DNA from: a virus
Lineage: Duplodnaviria > Caudoviricetes
Length of the DNA: 64,000 nucleotides
Reading direction: 5' to 3' (one strand)
Virus record (IMG/VR): IMGVR_UViG_2931714059_000002
Location: 1-64,000 of that record
Made by a program: the position numbers and the translations under genes. The notes under the pieces were generated by a model that saw nothing but the letters and a program-made list of their open reading frames with translations, did no database searches and was not told the origin of the DNA. Below, in pieces: positions 56,793 through 64,000 of this stretch. Numbering within the stretch: position 1 is the first letter of the stretch; the number at the start of each line of letters is the position of its first letter.

Positions 56793-57313
56793 CCACCCCC
56801 ACCAAGCAGCTGCTGCCGGGCGACGCCGACCCCCTGTGGGGCCCCGTCCTCACCAGCCTCACCACCTGCCTGTGCGCCACGCTCACCGCCGCCGGACGGC
56901 CCGCCTGCGCCTGCTGCCTCGTGTGGGGCGCCGGGCCCCCGTCGCACGACTGGTGCGATTGCGACTGCGGCGACGGCAGCGGCCAGGCGTGGGTGCGGCT
57001 CGTGCGCCTGGACCCGATCGTCGACTACGGCGCCGCCAGCGGCGGCCGGTGCGGGGCCTGGCGGATGCGTGCCGTCATCGAGGCCGGCATCTCCCGCTGC
57101 GTCGCCGTCGCCGGGCCGGACGGAAGCGCCCCCGAGTGCGATCAGCGTGAGGCTGACGCCCTGTCGGCGCTCGCCGACGCGCGGCTGCTGCGGCAGGCCA
57201 TCGCCTGCTGTGACGCCCTGGCCGACCTGCGCGTTGAGCCGGACACCATGCGCCCGACCGGCCCGCAAGGCGGGTGCGCGGGCGCCATCATGCAGATCAC
57301 CGTGGAGGCGTAG
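56789..57313 (+). CDS. Tail terminator-like protein
   Basis: GQAWVRL, GISRC, GPQGGCAG. Confidence 0.65.
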   Translation: MTTPTKQLLPGDADPLWGPVLTSLTTCLCATLTAAGRPACACCLVWGAGPPSHDWCDCDCGDGSGQAWVRLVRLDPIVDYGAASGGRCGAWRMRAVIEAGISRCVAVAGPDGSAPECDQREADALSALADARLLRQAIACCDALADLRVEPDTMRPTGPQGGCAGAIMQITVEA

Positions 57314-57457
57314 ATGTCCGGACCCACTGCCGTAGTCCTCGTCGTCGGCATCGGCGGGCTCGTCATGATCGTGGCGATCATCGCCGGCGTCGCCGCCTGG
57401 AAGCACGTCAAGGTCGCACAGATCGAGCAGGCCCCGGCCCCCCGGGCGCGGCGATGA
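57314..57457 (+). CDS. Small single-TM protein
   Basis: MSGPTAVVLVVGIGGLVMIVAIIAGVAAWK. Confidence 0.5.
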   Translation: MSGPTAVVLVVGIGGLVMIVAIIAGVAAWKHVKVAQIEQAPAPRARR

Positions 57458-57879
57458 GCAGCCGCGTGCGCGTCGACCTGGACGAGGCCGCGATCGCCCG
57501 CGATCTCGGCGTGGACGGTCGCGTCGGCGAACTGGTGCGGCAGGCCACCAACGACGTGGCCGCCGCCGCCCAGCGCCGCGCACCCGTCGTCAACGGGCAG
57601 CTCCGCGCGTCGATCCGCACCTCGGTGACCGGCACCGGCTCCGAGGTGCGGGGCGAGGTGTACACACCGCTGGAGTACGCCCGGTACGTACACGAGGGCA
57701 CCGGCATCTACGGGCCCGCCCGCCGGCCGATCCGGCCCGTGCGCGCCAAGGCCCTGTCGTGGCGCGGCCCCGGCGGCCGGCGCGTGTTCGCGGCCGAGGT
57801 ACGTGGGCAGCGCCCCAACCCGTTCCTGCTGGACGCCCTCATGGAGGCGTCGCCCTGGCCGGTCACGCGCGGCAGTTGA
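57454..57879 (+). CDS. HK97 gp10-like tail completion protein
   Basis: APVVNGQLRASI, YARYVHEGT, PNPFL. Confidence 0.85.
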   Translation: MSSRVRVDLDEAAIARDLGVDGRVGELVRQATNDVAAAAQRRAPVVNGQLRASIRTSVTGTGSEVRGEVYTPLEYARYVHEGTGIYGPARRPIRPVRAKALSWRGPGGRRVFAAEVRGQRPNPFLLDALMEASPWPVTRGS

Positions 57880-57883
57880 GCAG

Positions 57884-57903
57884 CCCGTACACGCACATAC
57901 CCT
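57884..57903 (+). promoter_or_regulatory. Late promoter motif copy 5
   Basis: CCCGTACACG-CACA-TACCCT. Confidence 0.85.
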
Positions 57904-57942
57904 GCCAGGAACAGAGATACCTCCCAGCTCAGGAGTACCGAT

Positions 57943-58410
57943 ATGGCCAACATCGAGACCGAATTTCTGATCGACGGCGACGAGGGTTACGACCCGGACA
58001 GCGCCCCCAAGGTCCCCGTCCGGGTAGACGGGGACGTCTACACCGCGCACTGCCCGAAAGACTCGGTGCTTCTGCTGCTGGCCGACCTCCAAGGAGACAT
58101 CACTGACGCCAGCCGTGTCCGCACCATCGTGGAGCAGCTGCTGCTCGGCACGTTCGACGAGGACGATGCTCAGGCGCTGCTCGCCAAGATCTTCGACCCG
58201 TCCAACCGGCGCGTGAGCATGGCCTATGTCGTCTCCCTGATGAACAAGATCGTCAAGCATTTCGAGGACTACCTCGGCATGCAGATCACGGTCGAGGAGA
58301 CCGCGAAGAACCGGGCCCAGCGCCGCGCGACAAAGGCCCCTGCCAAGAAGGCTGCCGCGAAGAAGACCAGCACGCGGAAGCCTGCCGCGAAGTCGTCGGC
58401 CGCCGCGTGA
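57943..58410 (+). CDS. Tail assembly chaperone
   Basis: Position before tape measure; AKK-rich tail. Confidence 0.65.
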   Translation: MANIETEFLIDGDEGYDPDSAPKVPVRVDGDVYTAHCPKDSVLLLLADLQGDITDASRVRTIVEQLLLGTFDEDDAQALLAKIFDPSNRRVSMAYVVSLMNKIVKHFEDYLGMQITVEETAKNRAQRRATKAPAKKAAAKKTSTRKPAAKSSAAA

Positions 58411-58982
58411 CGTTCGGCCCTGTCTCCCAGGGCCGCGTGCCGTTCAGCGTGAACGGCGACCCGTACTCCCTGGTGCTGCCTGACGACGGGCGTGTCCTCG
58501 CTGGCATCGCAGCGTCCGGGGAGTGGTCCCAGATCGTCCCCGGCCTGCTCGATGACGACGACTGGCACGAGTGGATGGACCGGCTCCGGGACCCGCGCGA
58601 CCCGCTCCAGTACCGGGTGTGCTGGCGGGTCGCGCTCGGCCTGGCCGAGCGCATCTACGGCATGCCCTGGTGGGCGGCGCACCGGCTGTGCACCATCGCG
58701 GTGGATCAGTGGAGGGTGTACGAGCCGTGGACCGTCACGAGAGGCTTCGACCCCGGGGCGGCGCCGGCGCACCGCATCTGCGCGTCAATCCTCGCCTGGG
58801 CGCGATCGTCCTGCCAGAAGGAGAGCGAGCTCGCGCGGCTGGACCACACGATTTTCACGCCGCCGCCGGAGTGGGTCAGCGTGACCGGCCCGGCCCGGCC
58901 AGCGGGGTTCAGTGACGCCGAGCTGGAGCAGCAGGCGGCGCAATTCGCAGCGTTCGCTCCGCACGAGATCGCCGATTCGTGA
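58407..58982 (+). CDS. Second tail assembly chaperone-like protein
   Basis: GMPWWAAHRL motif; position. Confidence 0.6.
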   Translation: MTFGPVSQGRVPFSVNGDPYSLVLPDDGRVLAGIAASGEWSQIVPGLLDDDDWHEWMDRLRDPRDPLQYRVCWRVALGLAERIYGMPWWAAHRLCTIAVDQWRVYEPWTVTRGFDPGAAPAHRICASILAWARSSCQKESELARLDHTIFTPPPEWVSVTGPARPAGFSDAELEQQAAQFAAFAPHEIADS

Positions 58983-59174
58983 CCCGGCTGGCTGGCGTGA
59001 TGCCAGCCAGCCCCCAGGTAGAACAGAGGCCCCCGCCGCAATGCGCGACAGGGGCCAGAGTGCCGCGGATATTGGACCCTCCGCGCGGCGTTGGGGTGGC
59101 ACTGGACAGCGGTCCCGGGATGGCTGCCTCGGCTCCTGTGGGCAGCATAGCGATCACGGGGACCGCGCCACCTG

Positions 59175-59194
59175 CCCGTACACGCACGTACTCT
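59175..59194 (+). promoter_or_regulatory. Late promoter motif copy 6
   Basis: CCCGTACACG-CACG-TACTCT before tape measure. Confidence 0.8.
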
Positions 59195-59269
59195 GGCCGC
59201 AGGTAGCTGACTGGCTGGTGGGCCGGGCGCCGCACCCCCTTGGGGTGCCGTGTGCCCGGAGGTGCCCCC

Positions 59270-62200
59270 GTGACGACGCCGTCCTACGGCCGCGCCTCCG
59301 TCCAAATCGTCGCCGACCTCAGCACGTTCCGGCCCGAGCTGCGCCGCGAACTCGACCGCGCGGGCCGCGACGGCGGGCGGGCCCTTGATGACGCGCTGCG
59401 CCGTCAGCTCCGCGATACCGGGACCCGCGCGGGACGGCAGATCCGGCAGGACCTGGAGCGGGCGCTGCGTGGCCTGCGCGTCAGGGTCGATGTCGTGGCG
59501 CCGACGGCGGGGGTGCGGCGCGAGATCGAGCGGGCGCTGCGTGGCCTGCGGGCACAGGTCGCGGTCACGGCCGACGCCGACCGGGCGCGCCGCGATGTGC
59601 AGCGGGCGCTCGCGGGGCTGCGGGCCGAGGTCGATGTCCACGCCAATCTGACCGGCCTGCGACGGGAGTTGCAGCGCGGCCTGCGGGCGCTCCCGCCTGT
59701 CCAGGTGCGCGTCGACCCCGACTCGCCCCGCAGCTTCCATCGCGCCCTTCAGCGCGGTATGCGGGCGCTGCCGCCCGTGCGGGTGCGGGTCGATACGGAC
59801 ATCGACACGGCGGCGCTGACGCGTCAGCTGACCGCCGCGCTGCGGGCCGTTCCACTGCCGCCGTTGGTGCTGCCCGGTGGCGGCAATCAGGGGGGCGGGA
59901 GCGGACCGAACGCTGGGGCGATCGCGGCCCTGGGAGGTGCGGCACGCTCGGCAAGCTCGGCTCTGGCCTCGCTGTCCAAGGCCCTGGCGATCACGGGGCT
60001 GGTCAGTGCGCTGGCGGCCGGCATCGGTGGCCTGATCGCCGCGCTGGGGTCGCTGGTCGGCGCTGCCGGTCAGGCAGTCGCCCAGATCGCCGCGCTGTCT
60101 GCTGAGCTGGCGCCGGCGGTCGGGATCCTCGCGGCGGCTCCGGCCGCTGTGGCTGGACTGGGTGCCGCGCTCGGGGCGCTCATCGTCGGGTTTCAGGGCA
60201 TGGGCGATGCCCTGTTCGGCGATGCTGAGAAGTTCGAGGCGGCGCTGGAGGGGCTGGCGCCGGCCGCTGCGGACGTGGCCGTCGAGTTCCGGGGTCTGGG
60301 CGACCAGCTCACGGAGATCCGGCAGACCGTACAGCAGGCCATGTTCGAGCCGCTGGTCGGTGAGGTCGGCCGCCTGTACGAGGCGCTGTCGGGGCCGCTG
60401 TCCGACGGGCTCACCGCCATCTCGGCAGAGTTCGGCCGGGCCGCTCTGGGCGTCTCCGAGTTCCTGCGGTCAGCGCGGGGGATCGCGTCGATCGAGTCGA
60501 TCATGGCCGGTACGACGCAGGCCACCCGCGGTTTCGCTGACGGCCTCCAGCCGCTGATCGCCGGGTTCTTCGAGATCTCGGCGGCGGTTCAGGACGCCTT
60601 CGGCGAGCGGTTCGGTGACTCTCTCGCCAGCCTGATGACGAGGTTCGGCGAGTTCATGTCGCGGGCGGCCGAATCGGGCGACGCGGTCCGCTGGGTTGAG
60701 GACGCCCTCGTCGTGTTCCGGGAGCTGGGGCAGCTCGCGGCGTCCGTGGGCGGCATCATCCGCACCGTCTTCACCGCCGCGTCCGAGGTCAATGAGAACC
60801 TCCTCGGCGCCCTCAACGCCAACCTCGCCGCGCTCGATGCGTTCTTCAAGAGCGCGGAGGGGCAGGAGACGCTCCTCAACGTCTTCACCGGGCTGCACGC
60901 CATCGGCACCGCCATGGGGCCCGTCTTCCTGGAGCTGGTGCGCGTCATCGGGCAACTGGCGCCCGCGTTCGTACCGCTGTCGGAGGTCGTCGGCCCTGGC
61001 CTGGTTTCGGTCATCCAGGCCCTCGGCCGCGCCCTCGACGTAGTCCTGGAGCAGATGCAGGGCAGCTTCGGCGACGTGGCGGACACGGTCGTCGCTCTGC
61101 TCGATCAGGTCGGGCCGCTCCTTGCCGCCCTGATCGCCCAGTTCTCCCTGGCTGCGGGGCCCGCGCAGGAGCTGATCGCCGTACTCGGTCCCGGGCTGAC
61201 GCAGGTAGTGCAGGCCCTCGGCCCTGCCGTCGCCTCGCTGGTGTCCGGCCTCGGTCCGGCGATCTCCGCGCTGCTTCCCGGTCTGATCTTGGTAGCGGAC
61301 GGCATCGCCGGCGCATTCGACGCGATCGGGCCGGCCCTTGGCCCGGTCGGTGCCGCGCTCGGTGAGGTGCTGTCCGCCGCCGCGCCCCTGTTGCCGGTCG
61401 TCGGTCAGCTCGTGGCGCTGGTCGGAGGGGCATTCGCGACAGCCCTGTCCCTCGCCGCGCAGGTGGTGGCGCCCCTGGTGCAGGTCCTCGCGTCCAGCCT
61501 CGCGCCGGTCCTCCCCCAGCTCGCGGGCGCTTTCGAGCAGGTCGGGGCTGCGCTGGGCCCAGTGGCGGCCCAGATCGGCGGGGCCTTGGCCGACGCGGTC
61601 GCGGCGATCCTGCCGCACTTCCTGGCGGTCCTGCCGGTCCTCCTCGACGGGCTGATCCCGGCTCTGCTGGCTGTGACCACCGCGGTGATGCCGCTCGTAC
61701 CCGTCCTGTTGGACCTGGTCGTGGTTGCACTGGAGCCGCTGCTCGGCGTACTGCCGGATGTGGCCGGCCTCCTCGTCTCTCTGACGGAGGCGGCGCTGCC
61801 GCTGATCGAGATTGCCGTTGCCCTGCTGATCCCCATCACCCAGGTCACGGGCGCCCTACTCGGATTCGTGTCGGCGGGCGTGGTGGTCCCGGTGATCCAG
61901 GGCATCGTGTGGGCGCTGGATCTGCTGGTCTCCGCCGTAGAGGCCGTCCTGTGGCCGATCGAGGCTGCGGTCGACGGGATCATCGGCGTTTTCCAGTGGC
62001 TGTACGACCGGCTGGTGGGCAACAGCATCATCCCGGACCTCATCAACGGCATCGCGTCCTGGTTCAGTCGGCTCCCGGGCATGGTGTACGGGCTGGTCGA
62101 GGGATTCGTCGCAACGGTGGTCGGCTTCTTCGTGGGGCTGCCGGGCCGCGTGGTCAACGCCTTGGCGGGCCTCGGGACTCGCCTTGCATCCTCGATCGCC

Positions 62201-62659
62201 GGCTCGGGTGTCGTGTCCTCCGTCCGCACGGCGGTCAACAACCTCATCAGCAACATCGCCACCTGGTTCAGTGCGTTGCCGGGCCGGGTGGCGTCCGCGA
62301 TCGGTGACATCGGGTCCACGGTCGTGGACTCGGTGACGGGCGGCCTGGGCAAGCTGGGCAGCCTGATTGGACTGGCGGACGGCGCGATCGTGCGGTCGCC
62401 GCTGATCGCTCAGATCGGCGAGGCCGGCCCGGAGGTCGTGATCCCGCTGACGCGGCCGGAGCGCGCGGCTGAGCTGGTGCAGCAGTCGGGGCTGCTGGAC
62501 ATCCTCGCCCGCCAGGGCCTCCACATCGGCGGCGCGATGAGCAGCACCAGCAACACCACCACCATCAACAACCACTGGCACATGAAGTCGAACATGTCCG
62601 ATCCGATGGTCCTCGCGCAGCACTGGCAGGGGCAGATCGCCCGAGCAGCGGGGGTGTGA
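59270..62659 (+). CDS. Tape measure protein
   Basis: About 1130 aa, Ala/Leu/Gly-rich; GRASVQI; LVGNSIIPDL; IGEAGPEVVIPL. Confidence 0.95.
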   Translation: MTTPSYGRASVQIVADLSTFRPELRRELDRAGRDGGRALDDALRRQLRDTGTRAGRQIRQDLERALRGLRVRVDVVAPTAGVRREIERALRGLRAQVAVTADADRARRDVQRALAGLRAEVDVHANLTGLRRELQRGLRALPPVQVRVDPDSPRSFHRALQRGMRALPPVRVRVDTDIDTAALTRQLTAALRAVPLPPLVLPGGGNQGGGSGPNAGAIAALGGAARSASSALASLSKALAITGLVSALAAGIGGLIAALGSLVGAAGQAVAQIAALSAELAPAVGILAAAPAAVAGLGAALGALIVGFQGMGDALFGDAEKFEAALEGLAPAAADVAVEFRGLGDQLTEIRQTVQQAMFEPLVGEVGRLYEALSGPLSDGLTAISAEFGRAALGVSEFLRSARGIASIESIMAGTTQATRGFADGLQPLIAGFFEISAAVQDAFGERFGDSLASLMTRFGEFMSRAAESGDAVRWVEDALVVFRELGQLAASVGGIIRTVFTAASEVNENLLGALNANLAALDAFFKSAEGQETLLNVFTGLHAIGTAMGPVFLELVRVIGQLAPAFVPLSEVVGPGLVSVIQALGRALDVVLEQMQGSFGDVADTVVALLDQVGPLLAALIAQFSLAAGPAQELIAVLGPGLTQVVQALGPAVASLVSGLGPAISALLPGLILVADGIAGAFDAIGPALGPVGAALGEVLSAAAPLLPVVGQLVALVGGAFATALSLAAQVVAPLVQVLASSLAPVLPQLAGAFEQVGAALGPVAAQIGGALADAVAAILPHFLAVLPVLLDGLIPALLAVTTAVMPLVPVLLDLVVVALEPLLGVLPDVAGLLVSLTEAALPLIEIAVALLIPITQVTGALLGFVSAGVVVPVIQGIVWALDLLVSAVEAVLWPIEAAVDGIIGVFQWLYDRLVGNSIIPDLINGIASWFSRLPGMVYGLVEGFVATVVGFFVGLPGRVVNALAGLGTRLASSIAGSGVVSSVRTAVNNLISNIATWFSALPGRVASAIGDIGSTVVDSVTGGLGKLGSLIGLADGAIVRSPLIAQIGEAGPEVVIPLTRPERAAELVQQSGLLDILARQGLHIGGAMSSTSNTTTINNHWHMKSNMSDPMVLAQHWQGQIARAAGV

Positions 62660-62663
62660 GCAG

Positions 62664-63905
62664 GTGTACAGCGGCTACATGGATCTGGCCGGCGTCGAGA
62701 TCATCAACTCGGGCCGGGCGCACGTCTACGCCACCGCGCGGGGCGTGCCGATCACCTGCGAGCCGTGCCCGGAGATCGCCGGCGCCGTCGGCGACCTGCC
62801 ATACCGGGACCCGGTGACCGACAACGCACCGTGGCACGACCCGCAGATCCCGCAGTCCGCCGGCCTCCTCGGCGTCATGGGCCTGGCCGTCACCGGGTTT
62901 GACCGGGGCACAACGGAGCGCTCGCCGGTGCAGCTGGTCGGGGACGGCGCAGCGCTGGGGGTGCTGCGGCGCACGCACCGCGAGATCGGCTACACGGTCC
63001 TGATGATCGCCATCAGCGACTGCGCGCTGTCCTACGGACTGGAGTGGCTGTCGTCCGCGCTGCTGGGCGGGGCGTGCGACGGCGCTTCTTGTGCGGGCGA
63101 CCAGCTGTGCATGTTCTCCTGCTGCCCGACCGGCAGTGATACGGAGCTGCGGCACGTCTACGACGTGGGGCTACTGGACGGCCCGCAGGTCACACAGACT
63201 CAGCGGCTCTCCAACGGCGTGATCCTGGCGACGGTGACTTTCGCGCTCGCGGCTGGCAACCCGCACATCTTCCGCGAGCCGCTGGCGGCTTCCACGTCAT
63301 GGGTGGACCTCGGCGGCGGCGTCGTCGCGAACCTCGATCCGGACGCCGTGTACGACCTGTGCCAGCCCCCGCCGCCGTGCCTGGACGACCCCACGTGCCC
63401 GCCGCCGCCCCTCCCTCCGTTGCCCCCGATGCCGATCTCCCCGTGCTACCCGACCGGCGTTGACCGCTTCCGAGGCAGCGTCATCAGCCTCGGCGTCCTC
63501 GATCAACCGCAGTGGCTGGAGACCGTCCCCGTGGTCGAGGTGCAGACCGGCGCGAGCGAGATGAGGCGCCTGGTGATCCGCGGCTGGGCCAACCCCCAGG
63601 GCATCCCCTGCGCTGACGTGACGGACCCCTGCTCGGCGTGCTGGCACATCACCATCCCGTACCTGCCACCCGGATCCGTCTTGACAGTCGACGGCCGCAC
63701 GCAGCGCGCGGTGGTCGAGTGCCCCTCGGAGATCGGCACGTCCACGGCCGCGCCGACCCTGTACGGGCCCGAGGGCTCGTCGTTCGAGTGGCCCTCGTTC
63801 AGCTGCCCCAGCGGGTTCTGCGTCGAGGTCCTGTCCCTGGACGCGCACACCGCGCCGGACGCGCGGGCCCGCGTGCAGCTCGTCCCCCGATCGGACATGG
63901 GGTGA
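62664..63905 (+). CDS. Distal/minor tail protein
   Basis: Follows tape measure; APWHDP, YGLEWL, LTVDG. Confidence 0.8.
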   Translation: MYSGYMDLAGVEIINSGRAHVYATARGVPITCEPCPEIAGAVGDLPYRDPVTDNAPWHDPQIPQSAGLLGVMGLAVTGFDRGTTERSPVQLVGDGAALGVLRRTHREIGYTVLMIAISDCALSYGLEWLSSALLGGACDGASCAGDQLCMFSCCPTGSDTELRHVYDVGLLDGPQVTQTQRLSNGVILATVTFALAAGNPHIFREPLAASTSWVDLGGGVVANLDPDAVYDLCQPPPPCLDDPTCPPPPLPPLPPMPISPCYPTGVDRFRGSVISLGVLDQPQWLETVPVVEVQTGASEMRRLVIRGWANPQGIPCADVTDPCSACWHITIPYLPPGSVLTVDGRTQRAVVECPSEIGTSTAAPTLYGPEGSSFEWPSFSCPSGFCVEVLSLDAHTAPDARARVQLVPRSDMG

Positions 63906-63912
63906 CCCGGCC

Positions 63913-64000
63913 GTGAGCGTCCTCGGATGCGCCCAGGAGTACCGCGCCGTCATCCACTGGCGCGGCGGCGGCCGGCCGTACACCTCCCCCGCCATCTCCT
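63913..64000 (+). CDS. Next minor tail protein (partial)
   Basis: GTG start MSVLGCAQEYRAVIHWRGG, open to window end. Confidence 0.55.
   Translation, partial: MSVLGCAQEYRAVIHWRGGGRPYTSPAIS

Larger units (their letters stand above)
1..64000 (+). mobile_element. Temperate siphovirus/prophage of a high-GC actinomycete (partial; both ends outside window)
   Basis: Canonical order of immunity, recombination/replication, accessory, terminase, portal, capsid, tail, tape measure; coupled ATGA/GTGA overlaps; GC3-rich codons. Confidence 0.97.

Noticed and set aside
58300-58420. Programmed -1 frameshift between tail chaperones
   Set aside because: No XXXYYYZ slippery site seen; the genes overlap by GTGA
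59330-59850. Tandem repeats at tape measure N-terminus as a novel array
   Set aside because: Protein-level repeats of about 21 aa (R.LERALRGLR..VDV), ordinary for tape measure proteins

Overview
The whole window is a high-GC actinobacterial (Streptomyces-like) temperate siphovirus/prophage, almost all on the + strand. Order: a divergent repressor/Cro-like switch (0.4-1.6 kb); recombination and replication genes (PD-(D/E)XK exonuclease, gp3/RDF-like protein, DnaQ-like exonuclease, RusA, initiator with internal iterons); about 22 kb of small accessory genes (WhiB, TetR, HNH, WYL, PP2C, NERD); a plasmid/AICE-like spread module (33-39.6 kb); then terminase, portal, MuF, protease with an inserted Nudix domain, capsid, PKD-decorated tail tube, tape measure and distal tail. 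No full integrase, lysis genes, tRNA or CRISPR were seen; integrase and lysis genes probably lie outside the window. Main findings: (1) a GntR-controlled membrane module with a TraB-like protein that lacks the ATPase motor, a clt-like repeat array, and TGTCCGGACA clusters dispersed through the phage, including inside structural genes; (2) a six-promoter operator regulon that includes the replication promoter and centres on a triple-HTH repressor divergent from a standalone WYL protein; (3) a six-copy phage-specific late promoter motif; (4) a Nudix domain and an Acb2/Tad1-like sponge candidate in the head module; (5) several structured ncRNA candidates. All family calls come from motif recognition by eye, not database searches.
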